NCBI RefSeq assembly: GCF_037042905.1
Contig: NC_087251.1
Location: 20,462,001 to 20,526,000, forward strand
Reading direction: 5' to 3'
DNA length: 64,000 bases
DNA from: Lytechinus pictus
Lineage: Eukaryota
Below are positions 25,801-37,800 of this stretch, one piece after another. Within the stretch, counting starts at the first letter, position 1. Each line of letters opens with the position of its first letter. The translations under genes and the position numbers were made by a program. The notes beneath the pieces were generated by a model. It ran no database searches, had not been told where the DNA came from, and saw only the letters and a list, made by a program, of their open reading frames with translations.

Positions 25801-28800
25801 GACAGCACCCTCTCTAGACTCTGCAGAGATCATCTGGCCTCTCCTTAATGCATCTGACAATTCTGGCTTGGAGGTTACCATCACAGCTAGTGGGGAGAAC
25901 AGGAATGGGACTAACTTCACAATCGGTGCAGAGTTGATTTCCTATATCGCAATGGATTCATCTGGAAATACTGTGGAGTGTTCATTTTGGGTCAACGTTA
26001 CAGGTAATGAAACTAATATTTCATCTAAATTTTATCGATCCCGTGACTTACTTTATGCATTGTGTAAAATGTAAGATGCGCAAAGGTTTAGGCTGTTGCT
26101 TAGAACTGTCGCTAAGATAAAATAACATGAAGAGAGGGAGACATGTGATTAAGGGGTAAAGTTAATCACGGAAAGACTTTTAAAGAAGTAGTTTATCCAA
26201 GAGGGAATTTGCTGAGACGTTTCTTCTTGGTGTTGCACTTTATTGACTCGCCGCAGTATTCTGCTGTCTATAATGAAAAGTTTCACATTAAAAGCGCAGT
26301 ATGAAAATACTATTACTGACGAAAATTCCTTGTTAGCCAACAGTTCAAACATTTAACCATCAAGCAATGAAAGTAACTTGGTATGGACTTGGTTTATTTC
26401 ATATTTCAGACATGGAACAGCCTATGATCACATGTCCAGTTATACCCACACTATCAACGGAAGAAGGTGAATCTTACGCCAATGTTTCCTGGGAAGAGCC
26501 ATCCGTTTCCAATGGCACCATCACTGATAATTCTGGATCAGCTCAGTCCAAATTTCTCGGTCCGGGGAGTAATGGAGGAAACTTCGAAATCGGGATTCAT
26601 GTCTTGACATATTTGGTTATAGATGAAGCAGGCAATTCCAATAATTGTACATTCTTGATTGCTGTCATAGGTAAGGAAGAGTGTTTATTTAATACAGTCA
26701 TGACGCTTATCCATAACACGTAGAGGTAAAATTATACGGTCTTATATTCTGTTTAATAATGGGGCGTTTCTGAAATACCCATTGTAGTGAGACTTTTATA
26801 TAAATGATAGTATTTTTAGTTAGCTTTTTTGGCACTTCTTCGCATGGGCGGAAATCTGTCCCGAAAGGTAGGGGGGACCACAGGGGCGGATCCAGCCTTC
26901 GCCAATAGGGGGGGGGGGTTCAGCCATATTTTAATCCCCGATTGGCCGCTCGATGATGATTTTTGTTTGTTTCATTAAAGGGGTAGTCTTCGTGGTCACT
27001 TTTTAGCTTTATTCTTATAAATCAACATAAATATATAATATCATAATCAATATTTATATAATGCGAGCGCGAAGCGCGAGCAATTTTTTTTTGTTTTGTT
27101 TAAGGGGGGATTTTACGTATTTTTTCCTAAAATTTTAACATTCTGGGCAATGTTTGTTATCCCGAAAAAGATGTGTATGCAAATAAATAAGTACTACGAA
27201 CGCGAAGTGCGAGCAGAAATGATCTGATGGAAAAGGTACCTGTTAAAGACTGCTTGCAGTTAGCCATGAAGACGTTACATATTTCAACAATCAAATAATG
27301 CGAGCGCGAAGCGCGAGCTGAAATTTTTTGAAATTTTTATCTAAGGAATGGAAATTCTAAGCACTTTGTGTAACTTAAACATAATAGGTATATAACTAAA
27401 CAATTGATGCGGAGCGCGAGCGGAAAATTTTGAGATTTAGACCTAAGAACGAAACACTCTACATGTATTCATGTTCTGTCATGTTCTGTCATAATGCGAG
27501 TGCAAAGTGCAGCCAGAAAATGTTTACATACGTTTAATTTGAACTGATCGAAAAGGTACTTGTTAAGCAGGGGCGGATCCAGCCTTCGCCAATAGGGGGG
27601 GGGGCGGATTTTATTTTCGGCCATATTCTCCCCGATCGGCCGCTCGAAGATGATTTTTGGTTTCTTTGAAGGGGTAGTCCTAATAGTCATTTCTTATCTT
27701 TATTCTTATGAATAAATTTAAATATATAATATCATAATCCTTATTTATATAATGCGAGCGCGATGTGCGAGCAATTTTTTTTGGGGGAAATTTTATGTAT
27801 TTTTTCCTAAAATTTTGAACATTCTGGGCAATGTTTGCTATCCTGGAAAAGATGTGTATGTAAATGAATAATTACTACGAACGTGAAGCGCTAGCAGAAA
27901 TGAACTGATGGATAAGGTACCTGTTACAGACTGCTTGCAGTTAGCCATGAAGACGTTACATATTTCAACAATTAAATAATGCGAGTGCGAAGCGCGAGTT
28001 GAAATTTTTTGACATTTTTACCTAAGGAATGAAAATTCTAAGCACTTTTTGTAATTCAAACAGATAGGTATGTAATTAAACAATTGATGCGAGCGCGAAG
28101 CGCGAGCGGAAAAAAAATCGAGATTTAGACCTAAAAACGGCACACTCTATTCATGTTTTGTAAATCATGAAAAGAATGAGTAATAGGGGATCTTCCTACA
28201 TTAATAATGCGAGCACAAAGCGCGAGCAGAGTTTTTGATATTGTGATCTGAAACTGGATAACGATTTAAATATAGAACAAGTTGAGTATCTGAATAAACA
28301 TGCGCGGGCGTGTTTCATATTCAGACCTAGAATCTAGGCATTCTACACATCTTTTATTATGAAAAATCAGAGCGAGCGCGAAGCGCGAGCTTAAACTATA
28401 TGATATTCCAATCTGAAAAAAAAAAGTTAATTTCAGCTATTTATTTCAAGCACTTTGTAGGAAAATCGTGAGGTGGATATGGATCGCACTTAATAAAGAG
28501 CTGATATTTTTCATTATTATTTGAGTTTTGACATAGGACTGGGACATCCTTAGGACATGTCATATGAAAATGATGACTATCTTACTATCCCTCTTGCTAA
28601 GCGCGAGATGAAACAAAAGGGACAATTTAATCATTAAATTAATATCTTATTTATTAATGCCTAATGAGGGGGGGGGGGGAATCTAATGATATTATGGCCT
28701 GAAAACTGGACATTTCAAGCAAAATAATAGGTACTTAATAAATCGAAATTTGCGAGCGCTCAGCACGAGCAGAAAATTTCAATATTCAGACCATAAAGCT

Positions 28801-31800
28801 ATCATTTTAACAGAGCACCTTTTAAAAATCAGTTTGTAAATCACACAAAATAATGAAAGTTCGATTTCCGAGGTGAAATGTGTAATGTATATTGACTTCC
28901 AAACTTGATATTTAAGATCCATATTGAACAATCACCTAACAGGCAATGCGAGCGCGAAGCGCGACCGAAAATTTTATATAGTGACATGAAAGATTCTTTT
29001 TATTTTCCAAGTCTTCCCCTCATCTTATTTTATTCACTCTGGAAAATTTGACAAGCAAAAAAAAAGTTTTCACCCAAAATGTAAGGTCATTTAGTTCAAA
29101 AGACATGTATTATTTCGAATGTGAATGATGCATTTTTTTCCATCATAAAAGACCAAAAATAGTAGGGGGGACATTTGATATTGTGTCCCCCCTACTATTT
29201 TTGGTAGGGGGGACACGTCCCCCCTGTCCCCCCTGGGATTTCCGCCCATGCTTCTTCGTGATAACGCCAATGTTGTCAATCACTACCAGTATTCAATTCT
29301 AGTGGAGAATATCTTAAGGACCTTTTCCCCCTTGCTCCTATTTATTCAGTTGATCAAATGAAACAGTAAGAGTCATTAAATATATCAAATTTTATGATTG
29401 AATTGAATTTAATCTTAGATAGCGAAAAACCCCGAATCACCTGTCCGAACACCACGTCAAACACCACACTTCATCAACGATCGATTGGAATTGTATCATG
29501 GATGGAACCAACCGTTGAGGAAAATACAGGGATATTCAACGTTTCCTTGATCGAGCCTGCTTCTAATGGAGGAGAATACCCAATTGGCGTTTCAAATGTT
29601 ACCTATGTCGTAACCGACGATGCCGGGTTGATGGATTCCTGCACATTTTCTGTAGTTGTGATAGGTTTGTAAATTGTAGTTCTAGTTTTAGGAGATGAAG
29701 TAAAGGTTTTGTTTTAATATTAGAATCGTTAGGCTCATAGTATCATATTTTTCAGCTTATTACTATAGATAGATATCAATTTCATAAAATTCATTAGACT
29801 AACTTGTTATTCCAGCAACATGCCATCATGGGCGTCAGCATTCTTTCTTCTTGCGGGGGGGGGGGGCATCTGTTGTTGCGTCCCCCCATACAAAAGATAA
29901 TCCTCTGCTCTGATGTCCATGAGAGTGATGTGTTGGAGGAAGAACATTCTTTAACATCAGACAAGGTTCATAATCATCTAGCAATTACTTAACGTTGGTA
30001 TTTCGTTTTCTGATAAAACAAAGTTGGAGCAGAAGTTTATCTCTATGCAAACTCTGAATTTTACATTCAAGTGCGAGCTTCTTCTGCAGTTACACCTTGA
30101 AACATGTCGTTGATAAATTTTTAATAATCTAAATCACTACGATTTCGGTTAGAGGAATTGGATTAGATCGACATTAATATTCGTTATGTATTTATAATCC
30201 TTGCTTCATATTAGATGATGAAGATCCAACCATTCAGTGCCCCGGATCTATTCACGTCACAACGCGACCAGACCTTCCCTCGGCCCTGGTGTCGTGGGAT
30301 GACCCAACAGGAAGTGATAACTCAGGTGACATTGATATTGTTGAAGTGGGGTCAATTCTCAAAGGCAGTGAATTTGTGATTGGAGTCAGTATGATCACCT
30401 ACGTTGCATCAGATAGAAGTGGAAATTTTAAAAATTGCTCATTCGCCATTAACGTTACAGGTAAAAATTTTCTTTCATAAATTCATGACTTGTTTCTATT
30501 TCCTTATTTTTTAAAATTAATTTCTTGTTATCCTTCAGGATGAAGTCGTATTTAAAGTACGCTCACCTTAGAATTATAAAACTTCTCTTGTGTCCTTTTG
30601 AAAAATATATATTCATAGAATTCCACTAGGTATCACGAATCTTTGTGCTTAATTGTATAGTTTTAAATGATATAAGTCGAACTTCAAATTGGTTTGACTG
30701 AGCATACAATCTGAAAGGACATGTCACTCTATGTAAAATGGAACCCATGAATCACTTTAACCCTATAGTGAAACAGGTCATTTGCATTCAATATATCTAT
30801 AAAATTTTCTTGTTTATAGGTAGACATTCTGCAACTTTAAACTAGCCTGTAGTTGAACAGACAAATGAAACAAAATATATTCCTTTATTTCTCTTTGTTC
30901 ATACCTGTCCAGACAATCAAGACCCCGTCATTCGGAATTGTCCTAGCCCAATAACAACAGTTTCAAGACATGGTCTCAATGTGACTGAAGTCTCATGGAC
31001 TCCTCCAAAGGCAACGGATAATTCTGGGCCAGTGGAACCGGTCTTTATTGGTCCAGGTACCCAAGGTGGAAACTATTCTATTGGGACAGTTACAGCGACT
31101 TACACAGTTGAAGACCTGTCGGGAAACATGGATATTTGCGCTTTTTCAATAACCGTACGAGGTACGTAGGAAATTTTCATTATGATTTCAGCAGACAATG
31201 TCCTCTTATCAATGCAATGGACCTTCGCAATATGTTCCTGACTAGTGGCGTGAGCTGCGAAAAATAATCGAAATTAATCGTGTCAAAGCGTTGCTATAAC
31301 GCTGGAACAAAGTAAAATTTTACGATATTTTCCAATCCAAATCCAAATTTACAAGCTTACATCAGAATAATCATAAGTTTACTTCGTTTTGTTTATGACT
31401 CTAGATTACAATGACGTTGTAGTTATCTGTCCAATGAATGTTGTCATGTCAACCGAGCTGGGAAGAGCTAGTGCGACTGTTGCATGGTCTGAAGCGACCA
31501 ATCCGCCTGGATGGAGCAATGTCACCATTACACTGGAAGGGTCAATGAAAAATGGTGGAGAATACCCCATTGGAGAGACTAGCCTCACCTACTTTGCCGT
31601 AGATCCTGATGGACTGAACGACTCATGTACATTCTTTGTTGTCGTAATAGGTAATTCAATATGATCTCAGTCCTAATTTTTATTCCATTGCTCTGCCTTG
31701 AACTTCAGATCTGCCTGTATGCCTCCTGAAGTAGTATTGATTTATATCGATTAGTCCCAGAACACGTCAACTACTTATTCTCTTTCCTTTGTCTGAAACC

Positions 31801-34800
31801 CTGTTATAATTCAGTGGTCCTTTTGATTAAATGTCATGACGGATGTGTTTATAGTACCTGTACATTTATCAATTTTAAGTCATTTACTTTGTATCCAAAA
31901 ATCTCACCATCAGCGGCTCAGGCCTACATCTTACCATTACTCATGTCAAAAGTAATTTTATTGCAGTAGATGATAAAAAACATAGAGCCGATGGAACTCG
32001 GGGTTGAAATACAGTTCAGAGAAGATGACCTCTGCTATAGCCTGTAAACCTGATTGAATGAAAATCAATGTATGTTCTTTTCTTGTTGCAATTCACGTAG
32101 ACGAGGAAAAGCCTAACATTACCTGTCCTGTGCTGGTCAAAGCATACACCGAAACAAACGTCTCCTATTCCCGAGTATCCTGGCCAGAACCTACAGCAGT
32201 AGATAACTCTGGTAATGTAACAGTCTCGTTGATTGGGCCAGGATCTAACGGAGGTTTCTTCTATATAGGTGATACAAATGTGTCTTACCGTGCCGTTGAT
32301 GATGCTGGAAACCCCAGCTCTTGTATTGTAACAGTTCGCGTCATTGGTGAGTACACTTCAACCCCTAGGTTGTAACTTGTCGTTTTGGGACACTCCCTTA
32401 CTATACTCGATTTGGTTCATTCACTTACCCTTTTAATTGTGTTTTAGTTTCAGTTCAGTTGCTGTATATCATATCTAAATATTATTTAAAACAAACTGTA
32501 TTGTACAGTATTGTACTTTTTTGTTTCTTTAGATAATCTAGTCTGTTCGATAACATTCTCTGATTATCTATGCGTCCACATTGTATCCAATCTAATGTCT
32601 TATTACCGATTGAAATGATCCAACATATTGTGCGGCATATCATCGCAGGGGATATAGTGTCATATAGACACTGGCTAGCTTGGAGCGGGAGAAACTGAAT
32701 ACAAAAAGTTCGGACATGGAAAAAACCACGACCGATCTACTCCACATTGATTTTATTTCTAAGACCATAATGACTATATTCCTATTTTTCTTTGAGGATT
32801 CGTATTTTCTAACAGTTCTTCTAAATGTATTTACTCTTAGATGACGAACCTCCTGTTCTAACATGCCCCGAGAACATTTCGACAACTACTCAACTAGGAT
32901 CATCTAGCTCAGATGCAGTAACGTGGTATAAACCTACCGGAAGAGACAACTCTGGAACGGTAACCGTTTCGCAAATCACCACCGAACAAAATGGAGGAAA
33001 ATTCAAAATCGGAGTCACCAATATTTCTTACCAAGCTGTTGATGACTCAGAAAATAATATTACATGTGTGTTCTACATTCTAGTGGAAGGTGAGTAGCAA
33101 TGTTTCTTGTTTGTCATTGACAATGTGTATCACGGAGTATTGAGAAAGCAGTGTAGGAGTAATTTGCATATCTTTTTAGGTGGGCCTACAAATGCAAAAA
33201 TTATGGCATATTGATTACGCCACTGGAAGAATTCAAATTATAAACACATCCCCTGGTGAGATTTATTCGGATAAGTATGATGTTGTTCAACAAACAAGTA
33301 AGTGATATCCATAGATTGCTTGCCGATGCCAGACATTCCTTTTAAATTTTCTTTTAATATTTCAGAATTTGATGTGGTTTAAACAGTGATATACAGATCC
33401 TGTGGATGCATCGTGGTCTAGTGGTTCTGACTCTCGCCTTTGAAACAGAGGGTCATGGGTTTGAATCCTAGCCATGGTGTGTTTTCCTTCAGCAAGAAAT
33501 TCATCCACACTGTGCTGCACTCGACCCAGGTGAGGTGAATGGGTACCCGGCAGGAGTAATTCCTTGCATGCACTGAGCGCCGGTGATGGTAGCTCGAGCT
33601 AAAGCCGGGGAAAACATAACAGCGCTTTGTATGTATCATCTGGCAAAAAGCGCTTTATAAATCCAGCTATTATTGTTATTATTGTCTTTCTTTTTTTTCA
33701 TGAAAGATGACGAACCTCCGATATTACAGTGCCCTGAATCACAGTCGGTATTTACCCAACAAGGCTCTGATAGTGCCCCTGTCACATGGAGTGAAGCAAA
33801 TGCAACAGACAACTCGGGAGCTGTGACTGTTTTGCTCCTTGGACCGGGTTCTAGTGGTGGACTTTTCAGAATCGGTTCGACCAATATAACTCATCTAGCA
33901 GAAGATGATACTGGAAACAATGCAACCTGTATCTTTACTGTTGAAATCAAAGGTTTGTATTGGCGTTAAATCTTCTACCATGCAGCTATATTTTTTCATT
34001 GCATTTTAATTCGTAATACCTTCCATGATTAATAGAAGGAGATTTTATGGCATGATTTTGTTTTCAAGACACACAGGGCCCAACGCTGCATTATATGATG
34101 TATATCATTAAATTGACATTCTATACCAACAAATAATAGTATGCAGAACTGAATACTTACTCTGATGCTCAATGTATTTGTTTATCATGAGTAATACATC
34201 CTTCCCTTACTATCCGTTTACTCCGTAGACAATGAACCACCATTTGTAAGTTGTCCTAGCAACATATCATCAACGACACAAGCAGGATCACCTTCATCAG
34301 GTCCCATCACATGGAGCGAACCCGTAGGTACAGATAACTCTGGGTCAGTGACAGTTTCAATGGTCGGATCGGGTAATTACACGAATGGAGGAAACTTCGA
34401 CATAGGTGTGACCAATGTCACCTACCGGGCGACCGATAGATCAGGAAATACACATATGTGCTCATTTATCATCGAAATACGTGGTATATTATATTTTTAT
34501 TTCAATTTTTAAAATTTTCAAGATTCTAAACATTGCATAGTCTAAAAGAATTTTCAAATACCCACTTTTTTATGATAGAGACGCATGCAACTTTGGATGT
34601 TTCCAGTAGAAAAATGACCCTATGAAATCAATGTCAGGTCTTCATAATTCTTTCCCCTGGATCATTTCAGAATACGTATACCATGATTCTACCATGTATA
34701 AATCTTCATGACATTTGACTTTCATTAGTAATGTCCATCAGTTTCAAGGGCAACCCTTTACCTACCAAGGGCTTTCCTTGTCAATGTGTGACTAGCAATT

Positions 34801-37800
34801 AAGCAAGCTGTAGAGTTAAACATATTCATATTGATATATTGTCATGTTCTTTACTCGAAATAATCGTGTAATAACTCCATATTTCGATGGCTTTTCTTCC
34901 TTTCTATCTACAGATGACGATCCTCCAGAACTGACTTGTCCAGATTCTATTTCTGCAGTCGCTGAACAAGAGACAGGTGAAGCTACCGTTACCTGGATAG
35001 AACCAGATGTACAAGATAACTCTGGTACGGTAACTGTCACATTGGCAGGACCAGGAGCTAACGGTGGAAATTTTAGCATCGGTATGACGAACTTGTCCTA
35101 CCACGCAGTAGATGAAACAGGAAACGTCAAATCGTGTAATTTTTCAATATCAGTAGTAGGTACGAATCAGGCATTTATTTTGTTTTCAGATAAAGAGTAT
35201 TATATTTGTAGCTATTTCGTTAAGGTTTTAGTTTGCCCATTTTTTATAATCTGCAAAAGGCATGTTGTATGTTATCACCCAAACACCATGAGGCAATATG
35301 CCTCCTAAGTAGAATTAGATGGAAAAGAATAGAAAACAATGGTTTTTACCCCCCCCCCCTCCGCACACACACACACACACACACACCCTTAGAGACACTT
35401 TTGATTTATTTCATGAATTATATCATATTGTTATTATTATCATGCCCTTAATAACTATTATACCTCAATGAGTACACAGTTTGCAAACAAACAGAAAAAA
35501 AACGGACAATGAATGGACTTATGTTGTCTATAAAGAGGAAATTGTTACGTCCACAGTTGAACGAATACAAATTGTGCTATGATCGAGTATAGAGTATCTG
35601 TGAATTATTATTTTATTGATTCCTTCAATGATGTTTGAATCTTTTTAAAATAAGTGAAGTTCTTCCCCCTTTAAAACCTTGGCCAATTGTAGCGGAATTA
35701 CACAGTAAAAACGCTGTTTAAGATTTTATACAACGCTGTTTACTATATGAACCTTACAGTATTTGTTTAACCGTTTAAACAATCATGTTTAAGTTATTGA
35801 AGATTAGATATTGAAAATTAAACTTTGTTGCTTAAGATTAAACACTTGTTTAAACTGTTTAAACAATTACTGTAAGGTTCATATAGTAAACAACGTTGTA
35901 TATTTTTTTTTTACTGTGTACCCCTCTTTCTCCTCTGTAGATCCCTCAAGCTGTATATCAAACCCTTGCCGTAATGGAGGAACGTGTAAGGATTTCTCCG
36001 GGTTCTTCCTCTGTCGTTGCTCTGATGGCTTCCAGGGACAGACATGTCAACAAGGTGAATTCTTGTTTAAAATGTTTGAAGTTCATATTATTCTCCACGA
36101 TGATGGCAAATTGAATATAAATTAGCGCCACAACACAATATAAAATCTAAATATAAGTATGTAGTAGATAGGGTACGATTTTGGTGGTCATAACTTTCAA
36201 ATTGCCCACCTGTTGAATGACAATCTCACTGCTTCTGAAAGGAAAACAATTACGGTATAGTTGTCAGTGAAAATTGCATTTATACTGTTGTTTACCTAAT
36301 ATTGTCTATTTAATTTTCATTTCAATCCTTCAAAAAGCAATTGTCAGTTGTGAATCGGGATCAAACGCTTGTGACTCTACCGAAGAATGTGCAGATTCTG
36401 TCTGCCGATGCCGCCCAAATTTCATCCGAATTAATGGAGTGTGTATCCGTAAGTACAATTGGAATCGTGTTCCACAGATTGTTTTTACAATTTCTCCAGG
36501 TATTTGCTGAAGTTGGGATAGATTTTACGATGTTTTTATATTAAAATAATATACATTTTTCAGTCACATTAACACATTAAAATGTTTTGCTTCACTTGTT
36601 GATGATGGTATGAACTGTTTCAGATGTATTCATTTCCTAGAAATTCCGATCATGCCAGTTGGTTGCTTGATTCAGCCTTTGCTGTCTTAGTAAAATAGTG
36701 CCTGACCACAGTTATATATTTTGATGGTTACAGTCTTTGCTGATTCTAGGATAATAATTTTCAATGTCAATGCTGTCATAACCCTATCTTTGATTTTCCC
36801 TTTTTTTCCTAAACGTTATCACCACCACCAGGAAAGAACAGATATCGCCTGACCTTGACTGCCATCTCTCTACTTGGTGAATCTCTCGATTATGTGGACA
36901 GTTTATCTGATCCATCATCAGATGAATTTCAGAGCATTGCTGAGGATTTTAGAGGAGTGGTCAGTATATCTTATACAATTTGGTAACATCAAAATAGTTT
37001 TTGTTGATATACATTGGATGGGCTCTCTTGCTCTTTAACCTGATTTGACAATACTAGGATACGTTGCCTTAAATCAAAATTTAGAACTATGAGAATGCAA
37101 CATTATCGATCATCCTTTAGTTTAACCAGGACAATTCATGTTCGCTTAATTCCATAGGAAGTATAGCCTGTAACGATTAGTAAAAGACGGATTGATAAAT
37201 TATCCAAGGGTAATAGTAAGCGATCTTAAGGTTTCAAGCGATGTATTCTTTAATTAACGAACTTTTTTTCTTAATTTCATCAGGTTCTTTCGATCACTTC
37301 ATTTATCAACGATATAACAGTCGTTCAGCTTGAATCGGGAAGCGTCATCTTCACTTTCGATAGCTTTGTCAACGTCTCCATAGGAGAGTCAGTCGTACTC
37401 TCGGATTTGCAGGAAGCACTGGGATCTGGATCCTCCACAAGCGACCTTATCCTCTCGCCAAATACAGTTCCAGAAATCTCAGGTATGATCATCATTAGAA
37501 TTAATCAATGACACTCATACTTCAGTGCTATAATCGTTATCTTGAGCAATCATACACTAAAAAATGTGTTAACATACGGAATGTGCTTGCTTAAACTATA
37601 CCGACACTTACTACGATTTTTAAAGATTTGTTATTCCGCGAATAATTAAAGAAGCTTATAGAAGAAAAAACAACATGGTACATGACCTCTCTCTCTTTCT
37701 CTCAATTTCTCCATACAGATTTTGACGAATGTGCTGATGTCACAACCAATGACTGTTCGCCAAATGCCAATTGTAGGAACACAATCGGATCTTATGAATG

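Larger units (their letters stand above)
20515..29760 (+). repeat. Tandem triplication of a ~2-kb three-exon HYR module including introns
   Basis: Homologous intron sequence recurs near 20515, 22507 and 25499. Exons of 249/261/246 bp occur three times. Confidence 0.93.

Noticed and set aside
20735..25920. Repeated minus-strand ORFs (MKLVPFLFSPL.., MLSLRSDRTRN..)
   Set aside because: Antisense shadows of the triplicated HYR exons.
20515..26700. Assembly artefact as the explanation for the triplication
   Set aside because: The copies carry many private substitutions, indels and copy-specific insertions, so they are real paralogues.
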